A stretch of DNA of 55,007 bases from Cyanophora paradoxa CCMP329 (Eukaryota; Plantae; Glaucophyta), in the NCBI GenBank assembly GCA_004431415.1, contig QPMI01000334.1, positions 1-55,007 on the forward strand, in the 5' to 3' direction. Positions 47,461 through 55,007 of this stretch are shown in pieces. The translations under genes were made by a program, and so were the position numbers. Position 1 is the stretch's first letter. The number at the start of each line of letters is the position of its first letter. A model generated the notes under the pieces. It did not search any database. It worked only from the letters and a program-made list of their open reading frames with translations, and was not told the origin of the DNA.

Positions 47461-48444
47461 ATGAAGGGGAATCCAGTGGTCGAACAATGCCCCAGGAGAA
47501 CGGCGATGTTGGCATTGACTTTTTTGGTTCTGTTATCCAGTAATGCGATCGCTTTGCCAACCGTGTCCGTTGTGTATGTCACGAAACGTCCCGGTGGATT
47601 GGATGTGCTCTTGGCTTCTCTGGCTGAGCAAACATTTAAACATTTTGAGCTTGTGATTGTTGATGAGTTGGCGAGCTCAAGGATTTCGAATGTGATGCGA
47701 ATGTGTGAGATGCTAAAGATAAGGTTGCGGTTCATGGGTCCTAGTAGACCTGCTCATCCTGATCTCACATGGGTTCCATACTCGATCAATCGCGCCCTAA
47801 ACACCGCGCTTGAACACGTTGCTACTTCACTAGTTGTTTTTTTGCAAGACTTTATTTTCACCGAGAGTTGCTTCCTCGAAGAAGTTGTGCTTCATTACGC
47901 CGACATCGCCAATTCAAAAACGCTGTTGAGTTTTCCCATTTCGGTCTTAAATGGTCCAACTGATCTTCTCGTTCGAGATCTAAAGCGCCCTGACACCGTT
48001 TTTTCTGAGCTCTTTAATCCCTCGTCATTAGCTCCATGGAAACTTAATGTAACTCTCTCTGCTCCGCGCGAATTGTTTATCAATGGTGTGCCAGCCCCCA
48101 ACGGCGTCATCAAGAGCTTGCAGTTTTGGGAAATTGCTGCTGCAGCTGCACCAACGCATGTCATTCGCGATCTGAATGGATTCGATGAAATTCTCGACAT
48201 TGGACATGATTGCAATGAACTGTTTCTTTCCTCCAAAGCAAGGCTTCTCGGGTACACAACTGTGATAACCACCATGTGCCACGTCTTTCACCTCAATCAC
48301 CGCTTGATCCCTGGACACAGAGAGCTCTGGGACAGGGCTCCAGGAGAGGCTGTAAATGGTCAGCGGTATATTGAGCTCATGAGAAGACTTAAAAAACAGC
48401 AATTGTCATCTTCCAGCTTGTATGGCTTGTACATTCCAAGTTGA
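47461..48444 (+). CDS. Intronless glycosyltransferase family 2 (GT-A fold) with N-terminal signal peptide or anchor
   Basis: Uninterrupted 327 aa: VSVVYVTKRPGGLDVLLASLAEQTFKHFELVIVDE, RALNTAL, LVVFLQDF (DxD position), LNGFDE, KARLLGY, VFHLNH. Hydrophobic MLALTFLVLLSSNAIA. Confidence 0.88.
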   Translation: MKGNPVVEQCPRRTAMLALTFLVLLSSNAIALPTVSVVYVTKRPGGLDVLLASLAEQTFKHFELVIVDELASSRISNVMRMCEMLKIRLRFMGPSRPAHPDLTWVPYSINRALNTALEHVATSLVVFLQDFIFTESCFLEEVVLHYADIANSKTLLSFPISVLNGPTDLLVRDLKRPDTVFSELFNPSSLAPWKLNVTLSAPRELFINGVPAPNGVIKSLQFWEIAAAAAPTHVIRDLNGFDEILDIGHDCNELFLSSKARLLGYTTVITTMCHVFHLNHRLIPGHRELWDRAPGEAVNGQRYIELMRRLKKQQLSSSSLYGLYIPS

Positions 48445-48531
48445 TGTGTTCAGTAAAACTTTCCCCTTGAGTCCGAGGGCGCTGGAGACGCCCAGCATAC
48501 CCCTGCCTGGTGTTTTTGGTGGGTGGGGACC

Positions 48532-48890
48532 GATGAAACCACCCACCACCAAGTCACTCAGTCGAAGGCCCCAGAAGATGGATGCACCCCAAATCTCTCT
48601 AAAACAACATGCACAAGGCGCTAGCCTCAGCCAGATGAAGGCACCCACCAGCAAGTCACCCAGTCGAAGGCTGCAGGTTTCTGATCTGTGACAAAAATGA
48701 AGAAAGATGCACCCCAAACCTCTCTGGGGGAATATGCACAAGGCGCTAGCCTGAGCCAGATGAACCCACCCACCAGCAAGTCACTCAGTCAAAGGGCCCA
48801 GGTTTCGGATCCGCCACAAAAAAAGCCAGATGCATCCCAAATCTCTCTGGGGGAATATGCACAGGCGCTAGCCTTAGGAAGATGAACCCA
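48532..48890 (+). repeat. Degenerate satellite monomers, forward
   Basis: About three diverged monomers after the GT2 insert. Confidence 0.9.
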
Positions 48891-48896
48891 CAAACA

Positions 48897-49528
48897 TCAT
48901 CTTCCTAAGGCTAGCGCCTTGGGAATATTCCCCCAGAGAGATTTGGAGTGCATCTGTCTTCGGTTTTCTAGCACATTGGAAACCTGGGGCCTTGGACTGA
49001 GTGACATGCTGGTGGGTGGGTCATCTGTTTAAGGCTAGCGCCTTGTGCATATCCCCCCAGAGAGAATTGGGGTGCATCTTTCTTCTATTTTGTGGCAGAT
49101 TGGAAATCTGGGGCCTTCGACTGAGTGACTTGCAGGTGGGTGGGTCATCTTCCTAAGGCTAGCGCCTTGGGCATATTCCCCCAGAGAGATTTGGGGTGCA
49201 TGTTTCTTCTTTTTTCTGGCAGATTGGAAACCTGGGGCTTTTGATTTCGTGACTTGTGGGTGGGTGGGTCATCTGCCTAAGGCTAGCGCCTTGTGCATTT
49301 CCCCCCAGAGAGATTTGAAGTGCATCTTTCTTCTATTTTGTGGCAGATTGGATATCTGGGGCCTTCGACTGAGTGACTTGCAGGTGGGTGGGTCATTTGC
49401 CCAAGGCTAGCGCCTTGGGCATATTCCCCCAGAGAGATTTGGGGTGCATGTTTCTTCTTTTTTCTGGCAGATTGGAAACCTGGGGCCTTTGACTGAGTGA
49501 CTTGCTTTTAGGTGGGTCATCTGCCTGG
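48897..49528 (-). repeat. Inverted block of about five satellite monomers
   Basis: TCATCTTCCTAAGGCTAGCGCCTTG...GGTGGGTGGG is the reverse complement of the monomer. Confidence 0.96.
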
Positions 49529-49838
49529 ATGAGCTCGCCGCCAGTAAGATGTATTCATAGTCAGAATTGTAGAAAGATAGATAGACAGATAGATGATCCC
49601 CCAAAGAATTCGAATTCAGTTTTGAATTCAGTGTGTCAGCTGGTTGAGTTCACCATCGACCAGTCAGATGAATTGGCAGTCAGAATCGAATATAGATCAT
49701 CCCCCAAAGAACCAGATACCACGCTTTGATATACTTCTAGCCAGACCGCATACACCAGAGCTAGCCTGGCAAATATTTGTGGCAAAACCTGCTTGCTGGG
49801 CGAGAACCGGGCTAGCCATGGCTCTCTAGTAGCTGGCG

Positions 49839-52800
49839 GTAGCCTTAGGCAGATGAGCCACCCACCAGCAAGTCACCCAGTCGGAGGCCGCAGGTTTCTC
49901 ATCTGCCACAAACAAGGAGAAAGATGCACCCCAAATCTCTCTGGGGGAATATGCACAAGGCGCTAGCCTTAGGAAGATGACCCACCCACCACCAAGTCAC
50001 TCAGTCAGAGGCCCCAGGTTTCTGATCTGTGACAAAAAAGAAGCAAGATGCACCCCAAATCTCTCTTGGGGAACATGCACAAGGCGCTAGCCTTAGGAAG
50101 ATGGCCCACCCACCCGCAAGTCACACAGTCAGAGGCCCCAGGTTTCCAATCAGCCACAAAAAAGAAGAAAGATGCACCCCGAATCTCTCTGGGGGAAGAT
50201 GCACAAGGCGCTAGCCTTACGAAGATGCCCCACCCACCACCAAGTCACTCAGTCGAACGCCCCAGGTTTCCGATCTGCCAGAAAATAGAAGAAGGATGCA
50301 CCCAAAATCTCTCTGGGGGAATATGCACAAGGCGCTTGCCTTAGGCAGATGACCCACCCACCAGCAAGTCACTCAGTTACAGGCTGGAGGTTTGGGATCT
50401 GCCACAAAAAAGACAGATGCATCCCAAATCTCACTAGGGGAATATGCACAAGGCGCTAGCCTTAGGCAGATGACCCACCCACCAGCAAGTCACTCAGGTA
50501 CAGGCTGGAGGTTTGGGATCTGCCACAAAAAAGAAAGATGCATCCTAAATCTCTCTAGGGGAATATGCACAAGGCGCTAGCCTTAGACCACTGACCCACC
50601 CACCAGTAAGTCACTGAGTCAAAGGCCCCAGGGTTCCAATCTGCCAGAAAATAGAAGACAGATGCATCCCAAATCTCTCTGGGGGATGATGCACAAGGCG
50701 CTAGCCTTAGGCAGATGACCCACCCACCAGCAAGTCACTCATTCGAAGGCCCTAGGTTTCCAATCTGCCAGAAAATAGAAGCAAGATGCGCCCCTAATAT
50801 CTCTGGAGGAATATGCAAAAGGGGCTAGCCTTAGGCTGATGACCCACCCACCAGCAAGTCACTCAGTTACAGGCTGGAGGTTTGGGATCTGCCACAAAAA
50901 AGACAGATGCATCCCAAATCTCACTAGGGGAATATGCACAAGGCGCTAGCCTTAGGCAGATGACCCACCCACCAGCAAGTCACTCAGGTACAGGCTGGAG
51001 GTTTGGGATCTGCCACAAAAAAGAAAGATGCATCCTAAATCTCTCTAGGGGAATATGCACAAGGCGCTAGCCTTAGGCACTGACCCACCCACCAGTAAGT
51101 CACTGAGTCAAAGGCCCCAGGGTTCCAATCTGCCAGAAAATAGAAGACAGATGCATCCCAAATCTCTCTGGGGGATGATGCACAAGGCGCTAGCCTTAGG
51201 CAGATGACCCACCCACCAGCAAGTCACTCATTCGAAGGCCCTAGGTTTCCAATCTGCCAGAAAATAGAAGCAAGATGCGCCCCTAATATCTCTGGAGGAA
51301 TATGCAAAAGGGGCTAGCCTTAGGCAGATGACCCACCCACCAGCAAGTCACTCAGTTACAGGCTGGAGGTTTGGGATCTGCCACAAAAAAGACAGATGCA
51401 TCCCAAATCTCTCTAGGGGAATATGCACAAGGCGCTAGCCTTAGGCAGATGACCCACCCACCAGCAAGTCACTCCGATACAGGCTGGAGGTTTGGGATCT
51501 GCCACAAAAAAGACAGATGCATCCCAAATCTCACTAGGGGAATATGCACAAGGCGCTAGCCTTAGGCAGATGACCCACCCACCAGCAAGTCACTCAGGTA
51601 CAGGCTGGAGGTTTGGGATCTGCCACAAAAAAGAAAGATGCATCCTAAATCTCTCTAGGGGAATATGCACAAGGCGCTAGCCTTAGACCACTGACCCACC
51701 CACCAGTAAGTCACTGAGTCAAAGGCCCCAGGGTTCCAATCTGCCAGAAAATAGAAGACAGATGCATCCCAAATCTCTCTGGGGGATGATGCACAAGGCG
51801 CTAGCCTTAGGCAGATGACCCACCCACCAGCAAGTCACTCATTCGAAGGCCCTAGGTTTCCAATCTGCCAGAAAATAGAAGCAAGATGCGCCCCTAATAT
51901 CTCTGGAGGAATATGCAAAAGGGGCTAGCCTTAGGCTGATGACCCACCCACCAGCAAGTCACTCAGTTACAGGCTGGAGGTTTGGGATCTGCCACAAAAA
52001 AGACAGATGCATCCCAAATCTCACTAGGGGAATATGCACAAGGCGCTAGCCTTAGGCAGATGACCCACCCACCAGCAAGTCACTCAGGTACAGGCTGGAG
52101 GTTTGGGATCTGCCACAAAAAAGAAAGATGCATCCTAAATCTCTCTAGGGGAATATGCACAAGGCGCTAGCCTTAGGCCACTGACCCACCCACCAGTAAG
52201 TCACTGAGTCAAAGGCCCCAGGGTTCCAATCTGCCAGAAAATAGAAGACAGATGCATCCCAAATCTCTCTGGGGGATGATGCACAAGGCGCTAGCCTTAG
52301 GCAGATGACCCACCCACCAGCAAGTCACTCATTCGAAGGCCTAGGTTTCCAATCTGCCAGAAATAGAAGCAAGATGCGCCCTAATATCTCTGGAGGAATA
52401 TGCAAAAGGGGCTAGCCTTAGGCAGATGACCCACCCACCAGCAAGTCACTCAGTTACAGGCTGGAGGTTTGGGATCTGCCACAAAAAAGACAGATGCATC
52501 CCAAATCTCTCTAGGGGAATATGCACAAGGCGCTAGCCTTAGGCAGATGACCCACCCACCAGCAAGTCACTCCGATACAGGCTGGAGGTTTGGGATCTGC
52601 CACAAAAAGGACAGATGCATCCCAAATCTCACTAGGGGAATATGCACAAGGCGCTAGCCTTAGGCAGATGACCCACCCACCAGCAAGTCACTCCGATACA
52701 GGCTGGAGGTTTGGGATCTGCCACAAAAAAGAAAGATGCATCCCAAATCTCTCTAGGGGAATATGCACAAGGCGCTAGCCTTAGGCCGATGACCCACCCA

Positions 52801-55007
52801 CCAGCAAGTCACTCGTTCGAAGGCCCAGGGTTCCAATCTGCCAGAAAATAGAAGACAGATGCATCCCAAATCTCTCTAGGGAATATGCACAAGGCGCTAG
52901 CCTTAGGCAGATGACCCACCCACCAGCAAGTCACTCATTCGAAGGCCCTAGGTTTCCAATCTGCCAGAAAATAGAAGCAAGATGCGCCCCAAATATCTCT
53001 GGAGGAATATGCAAAAGGGGCTAGCCTTAGGCAGATGACCCACCCACCAGCAAGTCACTCAGTTACAGGCTGGAGGTTTGGGATCTGCCACAAAAAGGAC
53101 AGATGCATCCAAAATCTCTCTAGGGGAATATGCACAAGGCGCTAGCCTTAGGCAGATGACCCACCCACCAGCAAGTCACTCAATTACAGGCTGGACGTTT
53201 GGGATCTGCCACAAAAAAGACAGATGCATCCCAAATCTCTCTAGGGGAATATGCACAAGGCGCTAGCCTTAGGCAGATGACCCACCCACCAGCAAGTCAC
53301 TCAGTTACAGGCTGGAGGTTTGGGATCTGCCACAAAAAAGACAGATGCATCCCAAATCTCTCTGGAGGAATATGCACAAGGCGCTAGCCTTAGGCAGATG
53401 ACCCACCCACCAGCAAGTCACTCCGTTACAGGCTGGAGGTTTGGGATCTGCCACAAAAAGGACAGATGCATCCCAAATCTCACTAGGGGAATATGCACAA
53501 GGCGCTAGCCTTAGGCAGATGACCCACCCACCAGCAAGTCACTCATTCGAAGGCCTAGGTTTCCAATCTGCCAGAAAATAGAAGCAAGATGCGCCCCAAA
53601 TATCTCTGGAGGAATATGCAAAAGGGGCTAGCCTTAGGCAGATGACCCACCCACCAGCAAGTCACTCAATTACAGGCTGGACGTTTGGGATCTGCCACAA
53701 AAAAGACAGATGCATCCCAAATCTCTCTAGGGGAATATGCACAAGGCGCTAGCCTTAGGCAGATGACCCACCCACCAGCAAGTCACTCAGTTACAGGCTG
53801 GAGGTTTGGGATCTGCCACAAAAAAGACAGATGCATCCCAAATCTCTCTGGAGGAATATGCACAAGGCGCTAGCCTTAGGCAGATGACCCACCCACCAGC
53901 AAGTCACTCAATTACAGGCTGGACGTTTGGGATCTGCCACAAAAAGGACGGATGCATCCCAAATCTCACTAGGGGAATATGCACAAGGCGCTAGCCTTAG
54001 GCAGATGACCCACCCACCAGCAAGTCACTCATTCGAAGGCCCTAGGTTTCCAATCTGCCAGAAAATAGAAACAAGATGCGCCCCAAATATCTCTGGAGGA
54101 ATATGAAAAAGGGGCTAGCCTTAGGCAGATGACCCACCCACCAGCAAGTCACTCAGTTACAGGCTGGAGGTTTGGGATCTGCCACAAAAAGGACAGATGC
54201 ATCCCAAATCTCACTAGGCGAATATGCACAAGGCGCTAGCCTTAGGCAGATGACCCACCCACCAGCAAGTCACTCATTCGAAGGCCCTAGGTTTCCAATC
54301 TGTCAGAAAATAGAAGCAAGATGCGCCCCAAATATCTCTGGAGGAATATGCAAAAGGGGCTAGCCTTAGGCAGATGACCCACCCACCAGCAAGTCACTCA
54401 GTTACAGGCTGGAGGTTTGGGATCTGCCACAAAAAGGACAGATGCATCCCAAATCTCTCTAGGGAATATGCACAAGGCGCTAGCCTTAGGCAGATGACCC
54501 ACCCACCAGCAAGTCACTCAGTTACAGGCTGGAGGTTTGGGATCTGCCACAAAAAAGACAGATGCATCCCAAATCTCTCTGGAGGAATATGCACAAGGCG
54601 CTAGCCTTAGGGAGATGACCCACCCACCAGCAAGTCACTCCGTTACAGGCTGGAGGTTTGGGATCTGCCACAAAAAGGACAGATGCATCCCAAATCTCAC
54701 TAGGGGAATATGCACAAGGCGCTAGCCTTAGGCAGATGACCCACCCACCAGCAAGTCACTCATTCGAAGGCCCTAGGTTTCCAATCTGCCAGAAAATAGA
54801 AACAAGATGCGCCCCAAATATCTCTGGAGGAATATGAAAAAGGGGCTAGCCTTAGGCAGATGACCCACCCACCAGCAAGTCACTCAGTTACAGGCTGGAG
54901 GTTTGGGATCTGCCACAAAAAGGACAGATGCATCCCAAATCTCACTAGGCGAATATGCACAAGGCGCTAGCCTTAGGCAGATGACCCACCCACCAGCAAG
55001 TCACTCA
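49839..55007 (+). repeat. Satellite subfamily B (121 and 124 bp monomers) with ~490 bp and ~1100 bp higher-order repeats; runs off the window end
   Basis: Diagnostic TTACAGGCTGGAGGTTTGGGATCT variant from ~50377. ORF spacing 50392/50882 (490), 50392/51492 and 50882/51982 (1100), 53199/53685 (486). Confidence 0.98.

Noticed and set aside
47412-48533. Terminal inverted repeats around GT2 (TCGGCCCC.../...GGGGACCGA)
   Set aside because: Short, low-complexity, imperfect and similar to the satellite's CCCACC tract. No target-site duplication seen.
40531-55007. CRISPR array or repeated small ORFs (MTHPPASHS..., MGSATKK...)
   Set aside because: There are no unique spacers and whole monomers repeat. 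The frames shift at random and the context is eukaryotic.
40531-55007. TTAGG as a telomeric repeat
   Set aside because: It occurs once per monomer and never in tandem.

Overview
Eukaryotic, GC-rich DNA with many short GT..AG introns (alga- or protist-like; taxon not determinable from sequence alone). It has three zones. (1) 1-6815 is a giant fold-back palindrome: position i pairs with about 6816-i, the inner arms are GC-rich minisatellite arrays of unequal length, and the ~0.8 kb spacer holds one circularly permuted unit of a ~0.7 kb repeat. (2) ~7.6-39.1 kb is a dense island of spliced genes that the ORF track hides and whose recognisable domains are all chromatin, DNA-damage or ubiquitin effectors: a TET/JBP-like 2OG-Fe(II) dioxygenase (HxD...H...R rebuilt across introns), a stand-alone SET protein, a chromo+SET protein, a second chromo-like protein, a tandem-BRCT protein, a PARP-type zinc-finger protein, two F-box proteins and a RING/PHD-like plus Zn-finger protein. 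Several recent tandem duplications (698, 729, 399, 93 bp) lie among them. (3) 40531-55007 is a ~121-124 bp satellite with higher-order repeats, two subfamilies and local inversions, interrupted by an intronless GT2 glycosyltransferase ORF. The best candidate for a new system is the satellite-adjacent, repeat-bounded epigenetic writer/reader/eraser island, possibly cargo of a giant mobile element. No transposase was recognised in the window. Exon boundaries were read by eye and gene starts are approximate.
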